The notes under the pieces were generated by a model. The model saw only the letters and a program-made list of their open reading frames with translations, was not told the origin of the DNA and made no database searches. From the NCBI GenBank assembly GCA_002104905.1, contig MCFE01000106.1:1-64000 (forward strand): a stretch of 64,000 nucleotides of DNA, written 5' to 3'. This DNA comes from Basidiobolus meristosporus CBS 931.73 (lineage: Eukaryota; Fungi; Basidiobolomycota). This document shows, one piece after another, positions 40,544 to 53,251 of this stretch (positions within the stretch are counted from its first letter, which is position 1; each line of letters begins with the position of its first letter). A program made the translations under genes and the position numbers.

Positions 40544-40900
40544 TGTTGCAAGAGTCTTGGAGATAATGGAAGTGACTGGGGGAACAAGTAGATTATGTGG
40601 TTTTCACTTAATGACTCATTGAATGCATTGAATGTAGAAGCAGTATTTACACTTTTACATGGTCTTGGCATGACAATCACATAGAACAGGTTGACAAAGG
40701 TCCCAAGAACGTGTGTGCAAAGTTTGGGGCTGTTTGAACAGCTTTGAGATTTTTCATGTATTGGGTTCCTGATACTTTAGTGAGAATATTCTAAGTAAAT
40801 CCCACAAGGATTTTGGCCAGTATTCTCTAGAATTTGAAGGTAATGATCTAACTGACTAAGTTAGGTGAGTATTTAGGTGAAATTACAAGCTTTTACAACA
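40544..40900 (-). repeat. Copia solo LTR inserted in the RNase H region of the older copy
   Basis: TG...CA-bounded copy of the family LTR. TSD not cleanly recoverable. Confidence 0.8.
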
Positions 40901-41264
40901 TCTGTTCTAGCAAGAAAAGAAGGATTTCTGCTCAATAGTATATATCCTTAATTATCTTCAAATATTGTAGTAGGGGCTTTTGACATAAGCCTTAGTCTTT
41001 AAAAAGCTTTCTTAGCCACATTGATTTTTTTTAGCCTCAAAGGCTGCCATATATTCAGTCTTGGTGGTGGGGAGTGCCATAATTGGGTGCTTTTTGAAGT
41101 TTCATGAAATTACCTATTTATTGTAAAGAAAGTTGTATCCAGTAGTGGACCTTCTGTCATATAAATCTTGTTTTCAGCCAGCATTCAAGTATCCCAAAAG
41201 ATCCAGCTCTGAGTCCTTACAGGTGTACTTTAAGCAAATACCAGCAGTGCCTTTTAGTATCTGT

Positions 41265-41614
41265 TGTTGTAAGAGTCTTAGAGATATTGGAAGGGATTGG
41301 GAGAGCAAGTATACTATGTGGTTTTCACTTGATGATTTATTGAATGTAAAAGTAGTATATCCACTTTTACATGATCTTGGCTTAAAAATCACATAGAATA
41401 GGTTGAGTAAGGTCCCAAGAATATGTGTGCAAAGTTTGGGGCTTTCTTGGACAACTTTGAGAATTTTCATGTTCTGGGTGCCAGATATTTTGGTGAAAAT
41501 ACTCAAAGTAAATCCCAACAAGTATTTTGGTCAGTATCTTCTAGAGTCTCAAGATAATGATCTAAGTGACTAAGTTAGTTGAATATTTAGGTGGAATTAT
41601 AAATCTTCACAACA
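41265..41614 (-). repeat. Copia solo LTR inserted at the RT/RNase H junction of the older copy
   Basis: TG...CA-bounded LTR copy. Flanks TCTGT/ACTAT match at 3 of 5 positions, a possibly decayed TSD. Confidence 0.8.
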
Positions 41615-41711
41615 ACTATAAGTCCACTTAACTGCTGCAATATTAACAGATCTGTAGTTCTAATTAAGCTGGCTAAAACCATCACCAAATATTAATATCT
41701 GGACAAGTTTC

Positions 41712-42059
41712 TGTTGTAAGAGTCCCAGAGCTATTTGAAGTGACTTGGAGAACTAGTGGATTATGTGGCTCTCACTTGATGATTTATTGAATGTGAAAGT
41801 AGTATTTATACTTTTACATGGTCTTGGCATAATAAGCACATCAAATAGGTTGAGGAAGGTCCCAGGAGTATGTGTGCAAAGGCTGGGGCTGTTTGGACGA
41901 CTTGGATAATTTTCATCTACCAGGCACCTAATGTTTTGGTCAAGATATTCCAGGTAAATCCAACAGGGGATTTGGGCAGTATTTTCTAATATTTGTAAGT
42001 AAAGGTGTAAGTGACTAAGTTAGGTGAATATTCAGGTGGAATTGCAAACTTTTACATCA
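41712..42059 (-). repeat. Copia solo LTR with perfect 5-bp TSD GTTTC
   Basis: GTTTC at 41707-41711 and 42060-42064 flanks a TG...CA LTR. Confidence 0.9.
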
Positions 42060-42160
42060 GTTTCAAGCATGGTATATATCAGACTACCAACCATAGACTG
42101 GTAAGGAAAGTCTAGTATTTTAGATGGCATCAAGAGCTCTTGATTTGGTAGAGTTCTGAC

Positions 42161-45100
42161 TGCTGTAAAAGCTTGTAATTCCACCTAAATATTCACCTAA
42201 CTTAATCACTTAGATCATTACCTTCAAACCCTAGAGAATACTGACCAAATCACTTGTTGGGATCTACTTGGAATTTTTCACCAAAATACCAGGTACCTGG
42301 AATCTGAAAATTCTCAAAGTTGTCCAAACCACCCCAGCCTTTGCACACATACTCCTGGGACCTTCCTCAACCTATTTGCTGTGCCTATTATGCCAAGACC
42401 ATGTAAAAGTATATATACTACTTTCACATTCAATAAATCATTAAGTGAAAACCATGTAATCTACTTGTCCTCCCAATCACTGCCCATATCTCCAAGACTC
42501 TAACAACAGGTTATGAGCCCCAAGCTGTCACTCTCTGCAATGTCTACTACTGCTGTTACCAAAATATTTCCCTCTGCTGAAAAGTTTGATGGATTTAACT
42601 ACCAAGTGTGGAAGGTGAAGATGAACATGCTGCTACAAGAAAGAGGCCCTTGGGGTATTGTCATGGGAGAAGAATGCTCTCCTAAAAGCATGGGAGAGGA
42701 AGCCTTAAAGTACCAGAAGAAAGAACACAGTGCCTTTAACTGCATTTGCAATAATGTTAAAGACAAATTGCTAATTCAATGCTCAAAAGCAAAAACAGCA
42801 AAGAATGCCTGGAAGGCATTAGAAGACACCTACCAGTCATGTTCAGCTGCTAAGAAAATGTATCTGGGACAAAAATTCTTTACTACCAATATGCTGCCAG
42901 GAGAAGAAATGAAAAATCTAATTAGCAGAATTACCCTGCTGGTAGATGAAATGGAATCTGTGGATTTACAAACTACTGATGAGGATGTGATAGTTGCCAT
43001 CCTAAATAGCCTGACAGACATGTTTCAGGGCCTTGTATCAGCTCTAGAGTCCAGAACTGAAGATATGACCCTAAATCACATATGTGGAAGGCTCCTGGAT
43101 GAAGAATTAAGAAAATCAAGTGCCAATAAGAAGGAAGAAGAAAATGCTTTAATAAGCAATGATAACTAACAAAGGAGGTACCCAAGACCCTACAAAGGCA
43201 ACAGCAACCTGTTTTGCAACTACTGCAAAAGGAAAGGACACACATCAGACTGGTGCCTCAAAAACAGAGATAATCAGCAAAAGAAGCCTGAATATGGAAA
43301 GCTGCAACAACTGAAGATACACTATTCATATCTGCACTAAATATGACCACAAACAAGGACTCTCTGATGTGGTATATTGACTCTGGAGCATCTCAACACT
43401 TTACACACCAACAAGAACTTTTTACTCAATATAAAGAAATTTCAATCAAGAAGGTTTTCATGGGTGACAATGGAATACTTCATGCAGTGGGAGAAGGAAC
43501 TATCCAAGTAAACCTTAGAAGCAGTTAAGGAAGCCATACACTGACCTTTAAAGAAGTTCTCTATGTACCAGAAATAGCCAAGAACCTGCTATCTGTAAGC
43601 AAGACCACTGCAGAAGGACTTAATTTCAGCTTTGACAATTCTGGATGCAAGATCACTGATCAAAATGGTGCCCACATTGCCTTGGGTATCAGAGATCAGA
43701 ATATATACAAGTTAACTTATACTTCATCATATTCAGAAGCCAATAAAGGTAACTTAAATGAACAAACATCAATGCTTTGGCACAGGAGATTTGGACACAT
43801 CAATTTTGATTATTTGCACAAAATGATCAAGATCAGCTAATTTCCGCAGTAAAAACTGATCCCCCAGCTGATTTGGAGCAATGTGAAGCCTGCATATATG
43901 GGAAGCAAGCCAGACAGCTGCTCAAGAGCTCTGGGTTGATCAAAACTAAGAAAAAATCTGATCTAATTCACTCAAATCTGTGTGGACCTATGCAGAATTT
44001 ATCCTTAGGTGAGATGAAGTATTTAATCACTTTTATTGATGATTATATAAGATACACATGGGTTTACTTTATGATGAGAAAGGAAGAAGCTCTGTCTAAG
44101 TTTAGGAAGTTTAAAGCCATGGTAGACCAAGAAACTGGTGAAAAAATCAAGAAAATATGCTCTGACAATGGTGGAGAACATACCTCAAACCTCTTCATCC
44201 ACTGCTGCAAAATTCATGAGATAAAGCAAGAGGCTACTGTACCATACTCCCCACAGCAACATAGAGTAGCAGAATGTGCAAACAGATCAGGAAATGATTT
44301 GGCAAGATCTATGATCCATGATCAAAATTATCCTATGATTTTTGGGCAGAATCAGTTGCCACCGCTGTGTACCTTAAAAAAAGGGGTTATAACAGAATAC
44401 TTTGTGATTCTACTCCACTTGAAGCATGGTACGGGTACAGACCAGGTGCAGAATATCTAAGAATATTTGGGTGTACAGCATATGCCAACAAACTGCCAGG
44501 AACTCATTTCAAATCTGAGCCAAAAAGTGCAAAATGCATATTTTTTGGCTACTGCAATGAGAGTAAAGCATTCAGACTCTACAATACCAAAGCAAAGAAG
44601 CTAATCCAGTCCAGGGATGTGTTGCTTGATGAAAATTCAAAATTTTCACAAAAAATGGCATCAGATGATTACAAACATCTGATCTCAAGTCCACAAATTG
44701 TCAGGATTGAATCAGAGCAAAACAATGAGGATTTTCTCACTCCAGAGGACCCTACAACCATGGTTCTAGCTGAATCAGTGCCCAGAAATATCCCAGAAGT
44801 GATCATTCCAGTATCAAATGCTGGGAGATCCAATTGGACAAGAAATGGCCCAAATTACTGTATCATTGAGGGTACAAACTTAGCCTATGCCTATTCAGTC
44901 CATACTGATGAGCCCCAGACTGTAAAAGAGACCCAAATAGCCCTCAGACAAAGTTTTGGAGATCTGCAATGACTGAGGAATATCAGGCTCTGATGGAAAA
45001 TATAACTTGGGACTTGGTCAATTACCAATCAACCAAAAATCAATTTGATGCAGATGGGTCTTCAAGACAAAAAACAAGGCTGATGGTACAATTGAAAGAT

Positions 45101-47042
45101 ACAAAGCAAGACTTGTGGCCAAAGGATACTCTCAAACAAAAGGACTTGACTTTCCTGAGACCTTTGCAGTGGTAGCCAAGTTTAATTCCATCATATTATT
45201 ATTGGCTATTGCAGCCAAATGTAAGTTTTTTATTCATTAAATGGATGTAAAAGCTGCACTTTGGAATGGAGAGCTTGATGAGGACATGTACATGGACAAG
45301 CCTGATGGATTTGTTGACCAAGATAACCCCCATTTGGTCTGAAAGCTCAAAAAGTCTCTATATGGCCTCAAACAATCACCAAGAGCCTGGAATTGCAAGA
45401 TAGATTTGTATTTGGAATCTCTGATTTTCTAAAGGAGTAATGCTGACTATAGTATATACTCTAAGCCAGATAGAGCTAGCCTAGTTCTAGTAGCTCTATA
45501 AATGGATGATCATATTATAGCCACCAATAATCTAGCAACACTGGAAGAGACTAAATCCAGCCTATCTGAGGAGTTCAAGATGTCCAATCTAGGAGAACTC
45601 AGTTACTACTTGGGATTATGTTCTCCATAGACAGAGGTATCCAGACTATCACCCTAAGCCAGTCCAAGTATATTCATGTTATACTTAAGAAGTACCAAAT
45701 GGAAGACTGCAAACCTGCAGATACCCCAATGGAGACAAACCTTAACTTGATCAAAACTCAACCAAATCAAAAGAGCTTGGTGCCATCTGAAAGCCCCGAC
45801 TTTCCTTATCAATCTATGGTTGGCAGTTGATGTATTTTATGCTAGGACCACATCCAGATAACTCATTTTCAGCACAAGTTGTCTGCCAGCATAATTAGAA
45901 CTGTGGATTGGATCATATTGTAGCAGCTAAGCAGATAATTAGACACCTAAAAGGAACTGATTATATCTGCTTAAGATACACTTATAAGGACTTAGAACAG
46001 GATCTTGTGGGATACTCTGATGCTGATTGGGGACCAAATCTAGTATATCATGCTTGGAACATGTCCAGATATCTCCTATTCAGTAGGAGTTGTCAGCCAA
46101 TATAATCAGAACTATAGATCTGATCATATTGCAGCAGTTAAGCAAATTTTTAGATACCTAAAAGGGAACTGCTGATATCTGCTTAAGATACAATTATAGG
46201 GATTCAGAACAGAATCCTGTGGGATACTCTGATACTGATTGGGTTCAAAATTTGGAAGACAGAAGATCCACCACAGGATACACCTTTCTTTAATGTAAAG
46301 GAGAAGTTTCATGGAATTCAAGAAAGCAACCAACTATAGCACTTTCTACCACAGAGGCAGAGTATATGGCAACCTGTGAGGCTACAAAAGAAGCAATGTG
46401 GTTAAGAAAACTTTTTACAGATTTAGGCCTATGTCAAAAAATGTCTATTACTTTATATCAAGATAATCAAGGATGTATACAATAAGGTAGAAATCCAACT
46501 TTTCATGCTAGAACTAAGCACATAGATATTAGACATCATTTCATACATGAAACTACAGAGAAATACTTTGCTTAGTTTAATGTCCTTCAGAGGAAATGAT
46601 TGCAGACATATTAGCCAAACCTTTAGCTAAAGACAAGTTAATATCTTAGGTCAAAATTAGGACTAGTCAGTATGAACATTTAGCTGAGTGGGAGTGTTGT
46701 AGGATTTGTAATTCCACCTAAATATTCACCTAGCTTAGTCACTTAAATCATTACATTCAAATCCTAGAGAATACTGACTAAATTACCTGTTGGGATTTAC
46801 TTAGAATATTTTCACCAAAATATCAGGTACCTGCAACATGAAAATTCTCAAAGTTGTCCAAACAGCCCCAAACTTTGCGTACATGCTCTTGGGACCTTCC
46901 TTAACCTATTCTATGTGCTTGTTATGCCCAGATCATGTAAAAGTATAAATCCTACTTTTACACTCAATGAATCATCAAGTGAAAACCACATAATCTACTT
47001 GTCCTCCCAATCACTTCCAATATCTCCAAGACTCTTACAACA
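42161..47042 (+). mobile_element. Full-length, degenerate Ty1/copia (Ty5-like PBS) LTR retrotransposon, 4.9 kb
   Basis: LTRs 42161-42508 and 46695-47042; TSD CTGAC (42156-42160 and 47043-47047); PBS GGTTATGAGCCC 42509-42520; gag (KFDGFNYQVWK, UBN2-like, CCHC remnant); protease (WYIDSGASQH); GAG-pre-integrase (WHRRFGH); integrase (IHSNLCGP, FIDD, SDNGGE, ECANR); RT ([20 protein letters not shown]); RNase H (YSDADW, RTKHIDIRHHF); PPT GAGTGGGAG 46686-46694. Many stops and frameshifts. Confidence 0.95.
42513..43169 (+). pseudogene. copia gag (N-terminal part still open)
   Basis: ORF AEKFDGFNYQVWKVKMNMLLQERGPWGIV...AKTAKNAWKALEDTY; the ATG lies inside the PBS. Confidence 0.85.
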
Positions 47043-47270
47043 CTGACAAAGTCAAGGTTTGTCTCCACCTGGGTAGCTATTGGCCTACAGTCTACCATTT
47101 GAAGCATCTTATGGACATCTTGAATATCATTAGACTGGCCCAAGGGATGGTCTTGGTACCTCAGTTTATATTCCTATAAATATAATTTGGTCCTGCAGGT
47201 GGATCCAATCTGGATCAGCCATCAAGATCCTGTCAGGAGACTGCTATAATACCAGCAGCTTGGAATTAAT

Positions 47271-48555
47271 AGACTTGTTCTGTTGGATAGTGCCACATAG
47301 TGCCAGCCTGTTTATGTTGCTGGCACTATCTGGCACTATAATTTTACCATAATACCAGTGGTAGGATATAGTTACTGATAATTATACTCAATCTTACTTA
47401 TGTTGCTCAGAGTAGTGCTTTCCTTGCTTTATTTACTCTTCATAATGCTCCAGACACATTTCTCTTAGTGGATGTCTTCTTGTATGAATATACTGTGCAT
47501 TGATAAGTACCTTAACTATTTTACCTATTCTGCTGTTTTCTCCTATATATGACTTTCCTCTGTATTTACCTGTCAATATGCTAAATCTCTTCAGATATCC
47601 AAATGTATGCTCCACCCTCACTCTGAAATGATGAAATATCTCATTGTAGAGCTTCTGCTTCCTGCTAGCACATCATTCCTTGGCTTCCTATAAGCTGTAA
47701 TACATCCTAATCTCTGACAATCCTCTCCTATATAAGCTAAGTTGGCCATACATTTCTCCCTGCTACTGAATTCCGGATGATTCTCTACCCAGAGTGCTTT
47801 ATCATGCCTTCTTCCAGCAAATGGCCTACTAAACCAGATGATGTTACCCTTAATGTCAGACAGTGCTTGAAACTTCACAGAGTGTGCCTTGTACCTGCCA
47901 GAATAAAAGCACCTCTGCCCTCTAGAAGGTCTGTTAATCCTGACTGGGAAGGTATCCAAAATACTCCTTATATGGAACCTGTTGCGGAACACTCTGGGAT
48001 ATGGAAGTCTATTGGAGCTTCTGAACCTAGTACTCCAAGCTTGCTCTAAGTCATTCATACCCTCTGCAAGGTAGTTCTCCATTGCTGTCAGCTGGGAATG
48101 AAAGCTTCTAGGACTTTTGTTGCCATGGATGGTGATATGAAACCTTGTAGGGAAATAGTTCTTGTAGTAGCAGAGAAGCTTAACAAGGGATCTCCTTGAG
48201 TATATTGGGGTATATGGACCACAGTACTTGGTATAGATCTCCTCTAATGTGTCAAAAGGAAATTCAGTGGTAGTGGTGGGATTGATGAGAAATGACCATT
48301 CAGATGAGTAAGTCATATTAGAATTGGTAAGGATTGGGCTGAGATGATTTGATTTGATTTGGCACAATCAGCTTTATTTATCTTATTTTCCATGCATTAT
48401 AACTAAATCTCCATCAATTGCTATGTATCCCATCATTATGTTGCAAAAATCATGCTCAAACAATGACTGGGTATTTTTATTGATGTTTTACTCACAAGTC
48501 TATAAACAAATAGGAAATCTGCAAATGATGTGATCTGATCTGTGTCAATGCAATC
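47271..48555 (-). mobile_element. PHIS-superfamily (IS5/PIF-Harbinger-related, DDE_Tnp_4) DNA transposon copy 1, truncated at the right
   Basis: Terminus AGACTTGTTC at 47271 preceded by AAT; transposase remnant ILDTFPVRINRP..FYSGRYKAHSVKFQALSD..FAGRRHDK..TAYRKPR..RVEHTFGYLKRF with a frameshift near 47620. Confidence 0.85.
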
Positions 48556-49039
48556 CAAGATGCATTATGCATAATGTATGGAAAATTCAACAATCACATT
48601 AGTTTTCATATATATTTCATATAAGACCAGGTTGATGCCAATACACCACTGCATAAGCATTCAATTCCATCACTATGGTCCCTATACCAAGTCTCAACTC
48701 ATCTTTAGTTCAACCCAGACAAAACTCATCCCCCAGCTCACAAGCGCAGTCCAGACCAGAAAAGAAAATGTCTGATCCATTTGAGTTCTTACCAAATGCT
48801 TTCAGTAGGGCCTAAGTGTCTATGATGAGCCTTCATACAGATATTTGGGCACTACTCATTAATCTAGCAGGACTAGATACCTCAGAGAGCCAACAGAGAT
48901 GAAGGAACCTGAGTAGAAAGCTGTGGCATGAGTTCTACATCAAGATGCCAGCAGATGTATGAACAAAGATATATAACAGGACAAGTATTGAAATCAAGGA
49001 TGAGCTGAGAGTGAGAGGATTTGAAGAGGAAGCCACATA

Positions 49040-51543
49040 ATCAGAAATTATCCTATGATTTTTGGGCAGAATCAGTTGCCAAAGCTGTATACCTTAAAAT
49101 AGGAGTTATAACAGGTTACTTCAAGATTCTACTCCATTTGAAGCATGGTATGGGTACATACCAAGTGCAGAACATCTAAGAATATTTGGGTGTGTAGCAT
49201 AGGCCAAGAAACTGCCGGGAAATCAGCCAAAACTTGAGCCAAAAGGTGTAAAATGCATATTTTTGGGCTACTGCATTGAGAGTAAAGCATTCATACTCTA
49301 AAATATCAAGGCAAAGAAGCTAATCAAGTTCAGGAATGTGTTATTTGATGATGATTCAAAATTTCTACAAAAAAAGATATCAGATGTTAACAAAATCTGA
49401 TCTCAAGTCCACCAACTGTCAGGATTGAATCAGAGCAAAACAGTGAAGTTTCTTCTCACTCCATAGGACTCTAGAATCATGGTTCAGCCTGAAGAAGTGC
49501 CCAGAGATATTCCGGAAGTGACCATTCTAGTATCAAATGCCCAGAAATCCAACCAGACCAAATTTTAATATTTATGAGGGTGCAAACTTAGCCTATGCCT
49601 ATTCAGTCCATACTGATGAGCTCCAGACTGTAAAAGAGGCCCTAAATAGCCCTCAGACAAAGTTTGGAGACCTACAACAGCTAAGGAATATCAGGTCTTA
49701 ATGGAAAATCAAACTTGGGACTTAGTCAAGTTACCAATCAACAAAAAATCAATTGGATGCTTGCGGTCTTTAGAGCAAAATACAAAGTTAATAGTACAAT
49801 TGAAAGATGCAAAGCTAGACTTGTGGCCAAAGGATACTCTCAAACAAAAGGACTTGACTATATGGGGACCTTTGTACCACTAGCCAAGTTTAATTCTGTC
49901 AGATTAATATTGGCCATTGCATCCAAGCATAAGTTTTTATACATCAAACAGATGTAAAAACTGCATTTTTGAATGGAGAACTTGATAAGCATGTGTATAT
50001 TAACCAGCCAGATGGGTTTTTTGATCAAGATAATTCTCATTTAGTCTGCAAGCTTAGAAAGTCTCTATATGGACTCAAATAATCACTAAGAGCCTGGAAT
50101 TGCAAATTAGATTCTTGTTTGGAATCTTTGAGTTTCCAAAGGAGTAATGCTGACTATAGTATATACTATAAGCCAGATAGAGCCAAACCCAGTTCTAATA
50201 GCTCTGTATGTGGATCATCATATTATGGCAGCCAATAATCTTAAAACACTGAAAGAGACTAAATCCAGCCTATCTGAGGAGTTCAAGATGTCCAATCTAT
50301 GAGAACTCAGTTACTACTTAGGAATAGAGCTCTTCATAGACAGAAGTACCTAGACTATCACCCTAAGTCAATCCAAGTATATTCAAGATATACTAAAGTA
50401 CCAAGTGGAAGACTGTAAACTGGCAGCTACCCCAATGGAGACAAACCTTAACTTGGTCAAAACTCAACCAGGTCAAGAGAGCTTGGTGCCATCTGAAAGC
50501 CCTGACCTTCCTTATCAGTCTATAGCTGATTGTCCGTTGTATATCATGCTTGGACTATGTCCAGATAACTTGTATTCAGAGCAAGGTGTCAGCCAGCATT
50601 ATTAAAACTATGGATTGGATCATATTGTGGCAGCTAAGCAGATAATTGACACCTCAAAGGAACTGCTTATATCTGCTTAAGATACACTTATAAGGATTTG
50701 GAACAGGATCTTGTGGGATACTCTGATGCTGATTGGCGCCCAAATTTGGAACACAGAAGATCCACCACAGGATACACCTTCCTTTATTGTAAAGAAGCAA
50801 TCTCACAGAATTCAAGAAAGAACCCAACCATAGCACTTTCTACCACTGAAGAAGATTATATGGCAGCCTGTGAGGCTAAAAAAGAAGCAAAGTGGTTAAG
50901 GAAACTTTTTTGAGATTTAGGCTTATGTCAAAAAGCACCAATTACTTTATTGCAAGATAATCAAGGATGTATACCATTAGGTAGATATCCAACTTTTCAT
51001 GCTAGAATTAAGCACATAGATATTAGACTCCATTTCATATATGAAGCTATAGAGAATTACTTGGTTTATTTAGCTTAGTGTCCTATAGATGAGAGGATTG
51101 CAGACATATTAACTAAACCATTAGCTAGAGACAAGTTGGAATTTCTTAGGTCAAAATTATGACTAGTCAGTACAAGCATTTAGTTGCGTGGGAGTGTTGT
51201 AAAAACTCATAATTCCACCTAAATATTCATCTAGCTTAGTGATATAGATCATTATCTTCAGATTCTAGAAAATGCTGACCAAAATCCTTGTCAGGGCTTA
51301 CTTAGAATATATTTGCCAAAATATCAGGCACCCAGAAAATGAAAATTCTCAGAGTTGTCTAAACAGCCCCAAACTTTGCACACATATTCTTGGGGCCTAC
51401 CAAAGCCTATTCAATGTGTTTGTTATGCCAAGACCATGTAAAAGTATAAGTACTACTTTTACATTCAGTAAATCATTAAGAAAAAACCGCATAATATACT
51501 TGTTCTCCCAATCACTTCCTATATCTCCAAGACATTTACAGCA
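49040..51543 (+). mobile_element. 5'-truncated copia copy (integrase C-term, RT, RNase H, PPT, 3' LTR 51195-51543)
   Basis: Collinear with 44322-47042; [37 protein letters not shown]; multiple nonsense codons. Confidence 0.9.
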
Positions 51544-53251
51544 GCTTCCACTACTGCCATGTATACCTCCTGAACATTTGCAAAGAACCTTTTGGTATTG
51601 GGCCAATATGTTCCTTCTCCCTAATGGCTTCTAGTCCCCCTTACAGGTGCAGTCTGGCTCTTGTTTGTGTGAATTCCATATTGAACAGTGTAGAAATGGG
51701 CTTGTGACCAAGAGAAATCTGGCTTACCTTGGTTGAGCTTTGAGTTGCTCTGTTCAATAGTCACACAGAGTACCAGCCTGTTTATAGTGCCAAATTGATC
51801 TGGCACTCTATGGCACTATCTGGCACTATAATTTCTATCAGAATGCCAGTGGTAGGATAAAATTACTGGGGATTTTATTTAATCCTACTTTTGTTACTCA
51901 GAATAGAGCTTTCCTTGCCTTATTTACTCTTCATAATGCTCCAGACACATTTCTCCCAGTGGATGTCTTCTTGTATGAATATACTTTGCATTAATAAGTA
52001 TCTTAGCTATTTTACCTATTCTGCTGTTTTCTCTTGTTACAAGTCTTGGTATAAGAGTTGTAGAGGAATAGGGAGTTTAGCTAGTATTGTATTCACTAAA
52101 ACTTGAACTGATTTTTATTGAGGTTCCAGCAGCTCCTTATATACATTTTGCCAGATCATTTGCTGACTAATTGTATTTCCTAATGTAGGCTATGGCTGAT
52201 GACTCATTTGATTGCATCATCATCACCCAATTAGATCCTACTTGATACAACTATTTCTGTCTGATAAGGATCTGCTAATTCATCTGCTGACTAATACTAC
52301 TGATTTGATAGATAACAATGATGTACTGATAGGCTAAACATAAAACTAATTGATGTAACTAAAAACTGATCTAACTTAAACATTCAGGCGGTAGATCATA
52401 ACATTCTCCCCCACTAAAGTTGAGAGGGTTCTCCTGAATATCTTTTCTTGTGATACTAATACCTTGATGGTTCAGTATTGTCAGCAAGTCTTGCAAGCTT
52501 GAGTCTGTCTCTATGAACTAAATCTTCCCAGATATTCCCTTGTTTATCCACTAGTTGGTAAGTTGCAAATGGACATTCTCTGATAATCTTGAATGGTCCT
52601 CTCCATTGTGGCTCACACTTCTTCGAAGTGTTGTTTCTTAGCAATACAAAGTTCCCAACTATCAATGCTTCTGGTGCTATAGTCTTATCAAATCTCTGCT
52701 TCATCTTTTCTGCACTTTGAGATACTTTGGCCTGTGCCTCTTGTTGTCTTTGTTCCAATTGCTGGTGTCTACTGGGCTGACTAAGTTCATATTCTAAGGC
52801 ATCTGTAAGCTTGGGTTGTGTGAAATCTCCTGGAATCTTTAGTTCACATCCATACACTAAGTAAAATGGTGATTGTTGAGTAGTGTTGTGTACTCTAACT
52901 CTGCAGGTAAAAAGTGCTTGATCTATATACTCATCCCATCTACTGACAGCTCCATTTGCATACTTGGCCAGCATTTCTCCAAATAATCCATCAAAGCGTT
53001 CAGTGACTCCATTAGTTCTGGGGTGATATGCCAAGGTTTTCAAGTGTTTAATCTGCTGCATTTCCAGGTAAGCCTCTAATGTCTTTGCCATAAAGTTTGC
53101 TCCTCTATCAGATAAGATCTCCACAGGGCATCCAAACTTCATCAGGATCTCATAATAAATGAAACTTGCAACTTCTTGTTCACTGGTTATTGGTAAAGGT
53201 TTAGCAACTGGCCATTTAGTGGCATGGTCAATTGCTACTAGGATCCGGTGG

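Larger units (their letters stand above)
40015..47185 (-). mobile_element. Old degenerate copia copy (3' LTR 40015-40361, PPT, RNase H and RT remnants) fragmented by later same-family insertions
   Basis: Reverse complements of the spacers 40362-40543, 40901-41264, 41615-41711, 42060-42160 and 47043-47185 join into a contiguous RT/RNase H/PPT sequence collinear with 45610-46694 of the intact copy. Confidence 0.8.

Noticed and set aside
39304-42100. Repeated short ORFs in the ORF track (e.g. ..PKLCTHVLGAFLN..SRSCKS..)
   Set aside because: These are translations of non-coding LTR copies, not a gene family.
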